From Squalus acanthias (Eukaryota), in assembly GCA_030390025.1 (NCBI GenBank), contig JASTWF010000033.1, positions 312,001-376,000 on the forward strand: DNA of 64,000 nucleotides, given 5' to 3'. The first letter of the stretch is position 1. Every line of letters begins with the position of its first letter. The notes below the pieces were generated by a model. That model had not been told where the DNA came from. It saw only the letters and a program-made list of their open reading frames with translations, and did not search any database. Position numbers and translations under genes: made by a program. Positions 1 through 13,700 of the stretch are shown here, in pieces.

Positions 1-262
1 TATCTACCTATCAATTACTTTCAAAATCTTAAAAACATCAATCAAGTTACCCCAGAACCTTGTAACGTCCAGGGAATTCAAATTTAGTTTATATAATCTG
101 TTCTCACAATCGAACCATTGGTGACATTCTGATGATTCTGCGCTGCAATCCTTCCAAGGCTAATATCTGATTTCTAAGGAGCAGTGCCGAGAACTGGACA
201 TAGTACTCCAGATGCGGTCTAACCAGAGCTGTATTAAGTTATCGCAAAACTTGCAGCACTTT
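1..262 (-). mobile_element. Degenerate CR1 LINE ORF2 3' fragment, truncated by the window edge
   Basis: Reverse complement resembles the YRALVRPHLEYCVQFW region of the intact CR1 ORF2 at 13230-13460. Confidence 0.7.
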
Positions 263-3200
263 ATATTAGTTTGGGATTGATATAGGGCCGATGGGGAGAG
301 AATGGGGAAGAGCAACAGTGCATGGCCGTGGTATTGGCTTGGGATTGAAGCTGGACTCTCGGGAAAGAGCGTAGCAGTGGGATTAGTATGGGATTGATAA
401 CGAAATATGGGAAAGGAGCGAGGCAATGGCATTCGTTTGTGATTGCTACAGATCTATGATCGAGAACGGGGCAATGTGACTAGTTTTGGATTGATACACG
501 GCTATGGGGAAAGAGCAGGGCAGTGGTATTTGTTTGGTATTGATACAGAGCTATGGGAAGAGAGCCGGGCAGAAAGATTAGTTTGTGATTGGCACAGGTA
601 ATCGTGATGGCGTGGCGTAGTGGTGTTAGTTTGCGAATGGTACAGGGGTTGGACACGAGCGGCACAGTCGGATACGATTAGACGTGATACTGGGCAATGA
701 GGACTGTGGGATTAGGTTTGGATTGATAGTGGAATATGGGTTAAGAGTAGGGCCGTGGCATTAGTTGGGTATTCAGTCGGTGCTATGGGGAGACAGTGGA
801 ACGTTGTGATTAGTTTGCGATTGAGGCTGGGTTCTGGATAGTGAGCGGGGAGTATGATTAATGTGGGATTATTACATGTCTATGGGGAGAGCGGGGAAGT
901 GGGATTCACAGGGCGACGGAGAGAGCGTGGAGCAGTAGCTTTAGTTTTGTATTTACACAGGGCTGAGGAGAGAGAGGAAAGTGGAGCAGTGGATATAGTT
1001 TGGTATTGATACCGAGCCAGGGGATGAGAATGGGACAGTGATTTGCGCTTTTTAATGATATACGGCTATGGGGTGAGCGCGGGCATTCGGAATACTTTTC
1101 AATTCAAACAGGGCGGGGCAGTCGGTTTAGTTTGTAATTGATTCAGGGCTATGGAGAGAAAGCGAGGCAGTGTGTTTAATTTAGAATTGATACAGGGCTA
1201 TGGGGAGACAGCGAGGCAGTGGGTTTAGTTTAGAATTGTAGCAGGCCTATGGAGGTAGAGCGAGGCAGTGAGTTTAGATTGGAATTGATGCAGGGCTATG
1301 GGGAGAGAGCGAGGCAGTGGGTTTAGTTTTGAATTGATGCAGGGCTATGGGGAGAGAGCGAGGTAGTGGGTTTAGTTTAGAATTGATACAGGGCTATGGG
1401 GAGATAGCGAGGCAGTGGGTTTAGTTTTGAATTGATTCAGTACTATGGAGAGAGAGCGAGGGGCATTAGGTTTAGATTAGAATTGATAAAGGGCTATGGA
1501 GAGGGCGGGGCAGTGTGATTAGTTTAGAAATGAAGCAGGGCTATAGGGAGAGAGCGGGTCACTGGGTTTAGATTAGAATTGATGCAGGACTATGGAGAGA
1601 GAGCGAGGCTGTGAGATCAGTTTATAAGTGAATCAGGGCTATGGAGAGAATCCGGGGCAGTGAGTATAATTTAGAATTGATGCATTGCTTTGGAGAGAGC
1701 GTGGGATTGGGATTAGATTAAAATTGATACAGGGCTATGGGGAGACAGCGAGGTAGTGGGTTTAGTTTAGAATTGATACTGGGCTATGGAGAGAGAGCGG
1801 GGCAATGGGTTTAGTTTAGAATTGATACAGGGCTATGGAGAGAGAGCGAGGCAGTGGGTTTAGTTTAGAATTGATACAGGGCTATGGAGAGAGAGCGGGG
1901 CAGTGGTTTTAGTTTAGAATTGATACAGGGCTATGGAGAGAGAGCGAGGCAGTGGGTTTAGTTTAGAATTGATACAGGGCTATGGAGAGAGAGCGAGGCA
2001 GTGGTTTTAGTTTAGAATTGAAGCAGGGCTATGGAGAGTGAGCGAGGCAGTGTGTTTAGTTTAGAATTGATACAGGGCTATGGAGAGAGCGAGGCAGTGG
2101 GTTTAGTTTAGAATTGATGCAGGGCTATGGGGAGAGAGCGAGGTAGTGGGTTTAGTTTAGAATTGATACAGGGCTATGGGGGGAGAGCGAGGCAGTGGGT
2201 TTAGTTTTGAATTGATTCAGTACTATGGAGAGAGAGCGAGGGGCATTCGGTTTAGATTAGAATTGATAAAGGGCTATGGAGAGAGCGGGGCAGTGTGATT
2301 AGTTTAGAAATGAAGCAGGGCTATAGGGAGAGAGCGGGTCACTGGGTTTAGATTCGAATTGATGCAGGACTATGGAGAGAGAGCGAGGCTGTGAGATCAG
2401 TTTATAAATGAATCAGGGCTATGGAGAGAATCCGGGGCAGTGAGTATAATTTAGAATTGATGCATTGCTTTGGAGAGAGCGAGGGATTGGGATTAGATTA
2501 AAATTGATACAGGGCAATGGGGAGAGAGCGAGGTAGTGGGTTTAGTTTAGAATTGATACTGGGCTATGGAGAGAGAGCGGGGCAGTGGGATTAGTTTAGA
2601 ATTGATACAGGGCTATGGAGAGAGCGAGGCAATGGGTTTAATTTAGAATTGATACAGGGCTATGGAGAGAGAGCGGGGCAGTGGGTTTAGTTTAGAATTG
2701 ATACAGGGCTATGGAGAGAGAGCGGGGCAGTGGTTTTAGTTTAGAATTGATACAGGGCTATGGAGAGAGAGCGAGGCATTGGGTTTAGTTTAGAATTGAT
2801 ACAGGGCTATGGAGAAAGAGCGAGGCAGTGGTTTTAGTTTAGAATTAATACAGGGCTATGGAGAGAGAGCGAGGCAGTGGTTTTAGTTTAGAATTGATAC
2901 AGGGCTATGGAGAGAGAGCGAGGCAGTGGTTTTAGTTTAGAATTGATACAGGGCTGTGGAGAGAGAGCGGGGCAGTGGGTTCAGTTTAGAATTGAAGCAG
3001 GGCTATGGAGAGTGAGCGAGGCAGTGTGTTTAGTTTAGAATTGATACAGGGCTATGGAGAGAGCGAGGCAGTGGGTTTAGTTTAGAATTAATGCAGGGCT
3101 ATGGGGAGAGAGCGAGGTAGTGGGTTTAGTTTTGAATTGATTCAGTACTATGGAGAGAGAGCGAGGGGCATTCGGTTTAGATTAGAATTGATACAGGGCT

Positions 3201-6200
3201 ATGGAGAGAGAGCGAGGCAGTGGTTTTAGTTTAGAATTGATACAGGGCTATGGAGAGAGAGCGGGGCAGTGGGTTCAGTTTAGAATTGAAGCAGGGCTAT
3301 GGAGAGTGAGCGAGGCAGTGTGTTTAGTTTAGAATTGATACAGGGCTATGGAGAGAGCGAGGCAGTGGGTTTAGTTTAGAATTAATGCAGGGCTATGGGG
3401 AGAGAGCGAGGTAGTGGGTTTAGTTTTGAATTGATTCAGTACTATGGAGAGAGAGCGAGGGGCATTCGGTTTAGATTAGAATTGATAAAGGGCTATGGAG
3501 AGAGCGGGGCAGTGTGATTAGTTTAGAAATGAAGCAGGGCTATAGGGAGAGAGCGGGTCACTGGGTTTAGATTCGAATTGATGCAGGACTATGGAGAGAG
3601 AGCGAGGCTGTGAGATCAGTTTATAAATGAATCAGGGCTATGGAGAGAATCCGGGGCAGTGAGTATAATTTAGAATTGAAGCAGCGCTATGGAGAGTGAG
3701 CGAGGCAGTGTGTTTAGTTTAGAATTAATGCAGGGCTATGGAGAGAGAGCGAGGCAGTGGGATTAGTTGGTGATTGGTACAGGCAGTGGGGATGTCGTGG
3801 TGCAGTTGCATTAGTTTGGGCATGGTGACGAGCGGCACAATGGAATACGTTTAGACGTGATCCTGGGCAATGAGGACTGTCCGGAGCTGTGGGTTTTGAT
3901 TTGGGTTGATAGAGTAATGTGGGGTAGGAGTAGGGCTGTGGGTTTAGTTGGGTATTTAGTCCGGGCTATGGGGACACAGTGGAACGCTGTGATTAGGTTG
4001 GGATTGAGGCTTGGTTGTGGTTAGTGAGAGGGGTGTGTGATTAATGTGGCATTATTACATGTCTATGGGGAGAGCGTGTTCGTGGGATTAACAAGCCCAC
4101 GGGGAGAGAGTGGAGCAGTAGTATAGTTTTGTATTCACACAGGGCTGTGAAGAGAGAGAAACTGGAGCAGTGGATATAGTTTGGTATTGTTACCGAGCCA
4201 GAGGATCAGAATGGGACAGTGATTTTCGTATTCAAATGATATACGACTCTGGGGAGAGTACGGGCAATTTGAATACTTTTCAATTGAAACAGGGCTATGG
4301 GGAGAGGTCGCGGCGGTGGAATTAGTTTAGAATTGATACAGGGTTAAGGAGAGAGCGCGGGGCAGTGGGATTAGATTGGAATTGGTACAGGACTATGGAG
4401 AGAGATAGAGTAAGTTGGTTTAGTTTAGAATTGATACAGGGCTATGGGGAGAGAGCGAGGCAGTGGGTTTAGTTTGGAATTGATACAGGGCCATGGAGAG
4501 AGCGAGGCAGAGGGACTAGATTAGAATTGATGCAGGGCTATGGAGAGAGAGCGGGGCATTGGGTTTAGTTTGGAATTGAATCAGAACTGTGGAGAAAGTC
4601 CTGGGCACTTGGTTTAGTTTACACTTGAAGCAGGGCTATGGAGAGGGAGCGAGGCCGTCGGTTTAGTTTAGAATTGATGCAGGGATATGGAGAGAGCGAC
4701 GCAGTAGGCTAAGTTTCGACTTGATGCAGGGCGATGGAGAGAGAGCGCGGAAGTGGGTTTAAATTAGAATTAATACAGGGCTGCGGAGAGAGAGCGGGGC
4801 AGTGTGTTTAGTTTAGAGTTGATACAAGGCAATGGAAAGAGAGCGGGGCAGCGGGATTACTTTGGAATCCGTACAGGGCTTGTGCCAGAGAGAGAGAGAG
4901 AGGCGGTGGGTTTTATTTGGAATTCATACAGGGCTTTGGAGAGAGAGCAGGGTAGTGGGTTTAGTTTAGAATTGATACAGGGCTATGGGGAGAGAGCGAG
5001 GTAGTGGGTTTAGTTTAGAAATGATGCAGGACTATGGACAGAGAGCAAGGCAGTCGATTTAGTTTCGAATTGATGCAGGATTATGGAGAGAGAGCGAGGT
5101 AGTGGGTTTAGTTCAGAATTGATACAGGATTATGGAGAGAGAGCCGGGCAGTGGGATTAGTTAAGAATTGATGCCGGGCCAATGAGAGAGAGCGGGGCAG
5201 TGTGCTTAGTTTAGAATCGATACAGGTCTATGAAGAGAGAGAGAGGAAGTAGGTTTTCTTTGGAATCGATACAGGGCTATGGAGGGAGAGCGGGGCACTG
5301 GGTTTAGTTTAGAATTTATGCAGGGCTATGGAGAGAGATGAAGGCAGTGGGTTTAGTTTCGAATTGATGCAGGGTTACCGAGAGAGAGCCGGGCAGTGGG
5401 ATTAGTTCAGAATTAATACCGGTCTATGAGCGAGAGCGAGGCAGTGTGTTTAGTTTAGAATTGATACATCGATATGGAGAGAGAGAGCGAGGCCGTGGGT
5501 TCAGCTTAGAATTGAAACAGTGCTATGGGGAGAGGGAGAGGCAGTGTGTTTAGTTTGGAATTGATACAGGGCTATGCAGACAGAGCGGTAGCAGTGGGTT
5601 AAGTTTAAAATTGATACATGGCTATGGAGAGGGAGCGAGTTCGTGGGTTTAGTTTGGAATTGATGCAGGGCTATGGAAAGAGCGAGGCAGTGGGTTTAGT
5701 TTAGAATTGATGCAGGGCTATGGAGAGAGAGCGAGGTCGTGGGTTTAGTTTGGAATTGATACAGGGCTATGGAGAGAGTGCGAGGCATTTGGTTTAGTTT
5801 ATAATTGATTCAGGGCTATGGAGAGAGAGTGAGGCAGTGGCTGTAATTTTTAATTGACGCGGGGCTAAGGCGAGAGAGCGAGGCAGTTAGATTAGTTTGA
5901 AATCCATGCAGGGCTATGAAGAGAGAGCGGGGCAGTGGGTTTAGTTTAGAATTCATGCAGGGCTATGGAGAGAGAGCGAGGCATTGGTTTAGATTAGAAT
6001 TGATACAGGGTTATGGAGAGAGAGCGAGGCCGTGGGTTTTGTTTGGATTTGATAGAGGACTATGGGGCGTGATGAGGTCAGAGGCGTTTTTGAGGGATTG
6101 ATCCGGAGTTGTGGGGTGAGGGCAGGGCAGTTCGATTACTTTGGGATGGATACAAGGCTCTGGCGTGAGATTGAAGCAGTGAGATTAGTTTGGGATTTTT

Positions 6201-8052
6201 AGCAGGGCTATGGGGAGAGTGGGATTATTTTGGAATTGAAATTAGGCTATTGGAGGGAGCAGGGCAGTGGGATCAGTTTGTGATTGATACACGGCTATGC
6301 GGAGAGAGCGGGAATGTTATATTATTTTGGAATTGATACAGGGCTAAGCGAAAGAGCGGGCTAATGAGATTACTTTGGAATTGATACAGCGCAATAGGAG
6401 AGAGCGTGGAGTTGGGATTAAATTGTTACAGGGCTATGGGACGTTAGCGGGGCAGTGGTATTATTTTGCGAATGATACAGAGCTCTGGGGAAAGAATGGG
6501 TCAGTGCTATTAGTTTCGGAACGGTACAGGGCTATGGGTAGGGAACGAGGTATTGGGATTTGATTTTGATTGGTACAGGGCTATGGGGAACCAGTGGGGC
6601 AGTGGGAATATTTTGGGATTGTAACAGGCTATGGGGAGAGATCGGGGCAGCGCGATATGAGCTGGATTGATATTGGGCTGTGGTGATTGAAAGCGATAGT
6701 GGGATTCATTTAGGAATGGAGCAGGGCTATGGGGAGAGAGTGGGCAGTGGCATAATTTTCGATTGACACGGGTATATGGGGATAGTGCATGGCTGTGGTT
6801 TTGGTTTTGGGATTGAGCAGGACTATGGGGAACGAGCGTGGCAGTGGGATTGGTACGGGATTGATACCGCACTGTGGGGAAAGGTCGTGGCAATAGCATT
6901 AGATTGTGATTGATACAGATCTATGATAGAGAGCGTGGCAATGTGTCTAGTTTTGGATTGATACACGGCTATGGGGAAAGAGCGGAGCAGTGGTATTAGT
7001 TTGGTATTGATACAGAGCTATAGGAAGAGAGCTGGGCAGTGAGATTAGTTTGTGATTGATACAGGCATAGGGTTTGGCTGGGTTAGTGGCATTAGTTTGA
7101 GAATGGTACAGGGTTTGGGAACAAGCGGCACAGTGGGATACGTTTAGGCGTGATACATGGCAATGTGGAGAGACCAGAGCTGTGGGATTCGTTTTGAATT
7201 GATAGAGGAATATGGAGCGTGAGCAGGGTTGTGGTATTCGTGTGATATTGTTCCAGGGCTATGGAGAGAGGGTGGGGAATGACATCATTTTGTATTCAGT
7301 CAGGGCTATGGGTTAAGTATAGGGCAGTGGGATTAGTTGGGTATTCAATCCGGGCTATGGGGAGACATTGGAAAGCTATGATTAGTTTGGGTTTGATGCT
7401 GGGCTTTGGATAATGAGCGAGGCAGTGGCATCAGTTTGTGATTGATACAGAGCTAAGGGAAGGGAGCTGGGCAGTGAGATCAGTGTTTGATGGATACTGG
7501 GCTATGCGAGAGATCGGGGCAGTGAGATCAGTTTGGGATTGATACAGGGCTATGGGGAGGGAGCGGGCCAGTGAGGTTTTTTGTGATTGATACAGGGCTA
7601 TGGGAAGGGTGCGGGGCAGTGAGATTGTTTTGGGACTGATATACGGCAATGGGAGAGAGCGTGGCAGTGGGATTAGTTTTGGATTTCTACAAGTCTATGC
7701 GAAGTGATCGGAGCAGTGGGATGTGTTTGAGAGTGATACTGGGCTATCAGTTTGGCATAAGTACAAGCCCAGGGGGAGCGAGCAAGGCAGTGGGATTTGT
7801 TTTGGGAATGATACAGGACTATGGGGAGGGACCTGGGCAGTGGTATTTGTTTGTGATTGATACAGGGCTATGCAGAGAGAGCGGGGCAGTGGGATTAGAT
7901 TGTGATTGATACAGGGCTATGCAGAGAGAGCGGAGCAGTGGGATCAGCTTGTTATTGATAAAGGGGTTCGGGAGAGAGCTAGGCTGTGGGGTTAGTTTGT
8001 GATGGATAACGGGCTATGGGAGAGACCTGCGGAGTGGGATCAGCTTGTGATT
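263..8052 (+). repeat. 49-bp G-rich satellite, homogeneous core ~1150-3770 with degenerate flanks
   Basis: Unit GGGCTATGGAGAGAGAGCGAGGCAGTGGGTTTAGTTTAGAATTGATACA; consecutive units start at 1830 and 1879. Confidence 0.95.
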
Positions 8053-9439
8053 AGAGTCATAGTGTCATAGAGTTATACAGCACAGAAAGAGGCCCTTCTG
8101 CCCATCGTGTCTGCGCCGGCCATCAAGCCCTATCTATTCTAATCCCATTTTCCAGCACTTGGTCCGTAGCCTTGTATGCTATATCGTTTCAAGTATTCAT
8201 CTAAATGCTTCTTTAATATTCTGAGGGTTCCTGCATCTACCACCCTTTCAGGCTGTGAGTTCCAGATTCCAACCACCCTCTGGGTGAATTTTTTTTTCCT
8301 AAAGACCCTTTAAACATCCTGCCCCTTACCTTGAATCTATGCCCCATGGTTATTGACCCCTCTACTAAGGGGAAATGTTCCTTTCTATCTATCCTTTATA
8401 TGCCCCTCTTAATTATGTACACCTCAATCAGGTACGCCCAAAGCCTTCTCTGCTCTAAGGAAAACAACCCCAGCCTGTCCAGTCTCTCTTCATAGCTGAA
8501 ACGCTTCAGCCCAGGTAACATCCTGGTGAATCTCCTCTGCACCCTCTCCAATACAATCACATCCTTCCTATAGTGTGGCGACCAGAACTGCACACAGTAT
8601 TCCAGCTGTGGCGTAACTAACGTTTTGCACAGCTCCATCATAACCTCCCTGCTCTTTTATTCTATGCCTCGGTTAATGAAGGCAAGTATCCCATATGCCT
8701 TCCTAACCACCTTATCTACATGTCCTGCTGCCTTCAGGGATCTATGTACATGCACACCAAGGTCCCTCTGATCCTCTTTCCTTCCTAGTGTACTACCATT
8801 CATTGTGCATTCCCTTGCGTTTTAGTCCTCCCAAAATGCATCACCTCACACTTTTCAGGGATAAATTCCATTTGCCACTGTTCTGCCCATCTAACCAAAC
8901 CGTCTATATCTTCCTGTAGACTGAGGATTCGCTCCTCGCTATTTACCTTTCCACCTATTTTCATATCATTTGCGAACTTACTGATCATACCTCCTACATT
9001 CATATCTAAATCATTAATGTACATTACTAGCAGCAAGGTACCCAGCACCGATCCCTGCGGTGCAGCACAGGACACAAGCTTCCAGTCACAAAAACACGCT
9101 TCGACCATCACCCTCTGCCTCCGGCCACTAAGCCAATTTTGGATCCAATGTGCCAAATTGCCTTGGATCCCATGGGCACTTGCCTTTTTGACCAGTCTTC
9201 CATGCGGCACTTTGTCAATAGCCTGACTGAAGTCAATGTAGACTACATCAACTGCAAAACCCTCATCCACACAGCTAGTCAGCCCTTCGAAAAATTCCAT
9301 CAAATTGGTTAGACATGATCTCCCCCTGACGAAGCCATGCTGACTATCCTTGATTAATCCTTGCCTCTCCAAATGGAGACTTATTCTGTCCCTCAGAATT
9401 TTTTCCAATAATTTCCCGACCACTGATGTTAGGCTCCCT
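8053..9439 (-). mobile_element. 5'-truncated CR1 LINE (RT region plus 3' end) inserted in the satellite
   Basis: ORFs 8800-9423 (QHGF..SCLTNL, PQGSVLG, SKFAND) and 8396-8641 (LEYCVQFWSP); CR1-type 3' tail near 8056-8105. Confidence 0.92.
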
Positions 9440-10750
9440 GATACAGGGCTCTGAGAGAGAGCGGAGCTGTGATATCAGTTTGGGATTAATACAGGTCTAT
9501 GGGTGGCAGCAGGCAGTGAGTTTAGTTTGGGATTTATACAAATCTATGTGTCGGTAGCGGGGCAGTGGAATTATTTTGGATATGATACAGGGCTGTGGAG
9601 AGCGAGCGGGCATTGGGATTTGTTTGGGATTGATACAGGGCTAGCATGAGAGAGCAGGGCAGAGGAATTATTTTTGGATTGGTACAGGGCTATAGGGAGA
9701 GAGTGGGACAGTGCGATTAGTGCTGGATTGATATTGGGCGGTGATGAGAGAAATGGTAGTGGGATATGTTTAGGAATAGAGCATGACTATGGGGAGAGAG
9801 TGGGAAGTGGATAGTTTGCGATTCGCACGGGCATATGGGGATAGCGGATGGCTTTGGTATTGGTTTGGGATTGAAGCAGAACTATGGGGAAAGACGGTGG
9901 CATTGGGTTTAGTATTGGATTGATACCGAACTATGGAGAAGGAGCCTGGCAGTGGCTTTCGTTTGGGATTGATACAGAGCTATGATCGAGAATAGAGCAA
10001 TGTGCCTAGTTTCGGATTGATACACGGCTATGGGGAAAGGGAGGGGCAGTCCTATTAGTTTTGTATTGATACAGATCTAAACGAGGCGAGCCGGGCAGTG
10101 AGATTAGTTTGTGATTGATACAAGCAATGGAGATGGCGTGAGGTAGTGGCATAAGTTTGGGAATGGTACAGGTGTTGGTAACGAGCGGCACCATGGGATA
10201 CGTTTAGGTGTGAATCAGGTCAATGTGGAAGACTGAAGGTGTGGGATTGATTTGGATTGATAGAGGCATATGGGCGAGAGCAGGGCTGTGCTATTAGTGT
10301 TTGATTGTTACAGGGCTATGGAGAGAGAGTTTGGAATGGCATAATTTTGTATTCAGATAGGGCTATGGGGCAAGTCTAGGGCAGTTGGATTATTGAGTAT
10401 TCAATCCATGCTATGTGGAGACATGGAACGTTGTGATTAGTTTGGGATTGATGCTGGGCTGTGGATAATGAGCGAGGCAGTGGGATCAGTTTGTGATTGA
10501 TGCCGGGATATGGGAGAGAGCGGCGCAGTTCGTTCAGTTTGTGATATATGCAGAGCTGGGAAGGGAGCGTGGCAGTGGGATATGTTTGAAAGAGATACAG
10601 GGTTATGTTTAGAGATCGGAGAGTGGGATTAGTTTGAGAGTGATACTGGTCTATAGGGAGGGAGTGAGGCAGTGTGATCTGTTTGCTAATGTACAAGGCC
10701 ACGGAGAGAGAGCAAGGCAGTGGGAAGTTTTTTGAGTAATGATACATATT
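9440..10750 (+). repeat. Degenerate 49-bp satellite
   Basis: Recurring GATTGATACAGGGCTATGGG..GGCAGTGGGATTAGTTTG motifs. Confidence 0.9.
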
Positions 10751-13700
10751 TTTGATAAAGCAGTTCGGGAGCATTTAAACTAGTATGGCAGGGGGCTAGA
10801 AACCCATGTAGTGAAATAGAGGAAAGTGAAAGGCAGACAGAAATAAATGGTAAAAAGGAGAGGAACAAAAAACAAAGGGCCAAACTAATTCATAAAAAAT
10901 GTGAGCATAAAAAAAGCCTGAGGGTTTTATACCTTAATGCGAGAAGCATCAGGAACAAGGTAGATGAATTAGCTGTGGAAATAGAGGTTAATAATTATGA
11001 TCTAATTGGGATTACGGAAACATGGTTGCAGGGTGAGCAGGGCTGGGAGCTTAACATACAGGGGTATTCAGTATTTAGGAAGGATCGACAAAAAAGAAAG
11101 GGAGGAGGGGTAGCATTGCTGGTAAAAGAGGGGATAAATGCAATTGAAAGGAAGGATATTAACTCAGTTAATACAGAATCTATATGGGTGGAGCTAAGAA
11201 ATAGCGAGGGGCGAAAAACATTAATAGGAGTGGTATATAGGCCTCCAAATAGTAAAATAGAGGTTGGGGAGGGCATCACGAGGGAAATTAGAGAAGCGTG
11301 CAATAAGAGCACAGCTGTCATCATAGGTGACTTTAACTTACATATAGATTGGACTAGCCTAATCAGTAAAAATAATGAGGAGGAGGAATTCCTTGAGTGT
11401 TTAAGGGATGGTTATCTGGATCAATATGTCGAGGAACCAACTCGGGAACAGGCTATATTGGACTGGGTACTGTGCAATGAGAAGGGACTAATTAGTAATC
11501 TTGTTGTACGGGGACCCTTGGGTCAGAGCGATCATAACATGATCGATTTCTCACTCGAAATGGAGAGCGAAGAAATTGACTCAGAGACTCAGGTCCTGAA
11601 TTTAAACAAGGGGAATTATGATGCCATTAGACGGGAACTGAGTAGGTCTGATTGGACAACGTTCCTGGGAGGACTGGAGGTAGATAAACAATGGCAAGCA
11701 TTTAAAGATAGAATGACAAAATTGCAAAAATTGTTTATACCAATCTGGCATAAAAGGAAATCTAAAAAGGTGACTCAACCGTGGATAACAGGGGAAATTA
11801 GAGACAGCATAAAATCCAAAGATAGGGCGTATAAAATAGCCAAAAAACGCGCCAGAGCGGAAGATTGGGAACAGTTTAAGATAGAGCAAAGGAGGGCAAA
11901 GGGCTTAATCAAGAAGGGCAAAATAGCTTACGAAAGCAAGCTGGCGGAAAATATAAAAACTAACTCCAAAAGCTTTTATAAGTATATCAAGAGGAAAAGA
12001 CTGGTGAAAACCAAAGTTGGTCCATTGCAGTCAGATACGGGGGAATATATAATGGGAAATAAGGAAATGGCAGACCAACTAAATGCATACTTTGGGTCAG
12101 TCTTTACGAAGGAAGACACAAAAAACCTCCCTGGGATATCGGGAAAAATAGGGACATTGGCAAAGGAGGAACTGACGCAAATCAATATCTCTAAGGATAT
12201 GGTGTTAAGGAAGCTAAAGGGATTGAAGGCGGACAAATCCCCAGGGCCTGATAACATGCATCCTAGGGTACTGAAGGAGGTGGCCCTAGAGATAGCGGAT
12301 GCACTAAGCATGATTTTTCAGAATTCATTAGACTCGGGAACAGTGCCCATGGATTGGAGGGTAGCTAACGTTACCCCACTATTCAAAAAGGGGGGTAGGG
12401 AAAAAGCAGGTCATTACAGACCTGTAAGCCTTACATCAGTTGTGGGCAAAATGCTGGAGTCCATCATTAAGGATGAAATAGCCGAGCACTTAGCAAATGG
12501 GGACAGGATAGGACAGAGTCAACATGGATTTACAAAGGGTAAATCGTGCTTGACTAATCTATTGGAATTTTTTGAGGGAGTAACTGGTAAAATAGATGGG
12601 GGAGAGCCAGTAGATGTGGTGTACCTGGACTTCCAAAAGGCCTTCGATAAGGTCCCACATAAAAGATTAGCATGGAAAATTGAAGCTCATGGGATAAAGG
12701 GGAAAGTATTGACGTGGATAGAGAACTGGCTGTCAGATAGAAAACAGAGAGTTGGAATAAACGGCTCATTTTCTGAATGGCAGGCAGTAACAAGTGGGGT
12801 ACCACAGGGATCTGTCCTGGGTCCCCAGCTGTTCACAATTTATATTAATGACCTGGATCAGGGAGTCGAATGCAGCATTTCCAAATTTGCAGACGACACT
12901 AAACTAGGAGGGGGGGTGGGCTCAGAGGAGGAGACCAGGAAGCTCCAGAGCGATTTGGACAGACTGGGTGATTGGGCGGATAAATGGCAGATGCACTATA
13001 ATGTGGACAAGTGCGAAGTTATCCACCTTGGGTGCAGGAACGGGAGGGCAAATTATTATTTAAATGGCAATAAATTGGGAGAGGGGGAAGTACAGAGAGA
13101 CCTGGGTGTTCTTGTACACCAGTCACTGAAGGCGAGCATGCAGGTGCAACAGGCGGTCAAGAAGGCAAACGGTATGCTGGCCTTCATAGCAAAAGGGTTG
13201 GAATACAGGAACAGGGATACCTTGCTGCAGCTGTACAGGGCACTGGTGAGACCACACCTCGAGTACTGTGTACAGTTTTGGTCGCCTCATCTGAGGAAAG
13301 ATGTTCTTGCCATGGAGGGGGTGCAGCGGCGATTCACCAGGCTGATACCAGGAATGGCGGGATTGACCTATGAGGAGAGACTATGTAGTTTAGGGATGTA
13401 CACACTGGAGTTTAGAAGATTGAGAGGGGACCTCATAGAAGTGTATAAAATTCTGACAGGTCTAGACAGATTAGATGCAGAAGGAATGTTTCCCTTGGCG
13501 GGTGAGAACAGAACTAGAGGACATAATTTAAGGATAAGGGCTAAACCATTTAGGACAGAAATGAGGGGGAATTTCTTCACTCAGAGAGTGGTGAACCTGT
13601 GGAACTCATTGCCACAGAGGGCAGTGTACGCCAGCTCATTAAATATATTTAAGAGGGAATTAGATATATTTCTACAGGCAAAAGGGGTTAAGGGTTACGG

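Noticed and set aside
160..10883. Short ORFs inside the 49-bp satellite and antisense to LINEs
   Set aside because: By-products of repeat composition, with no domain motifs
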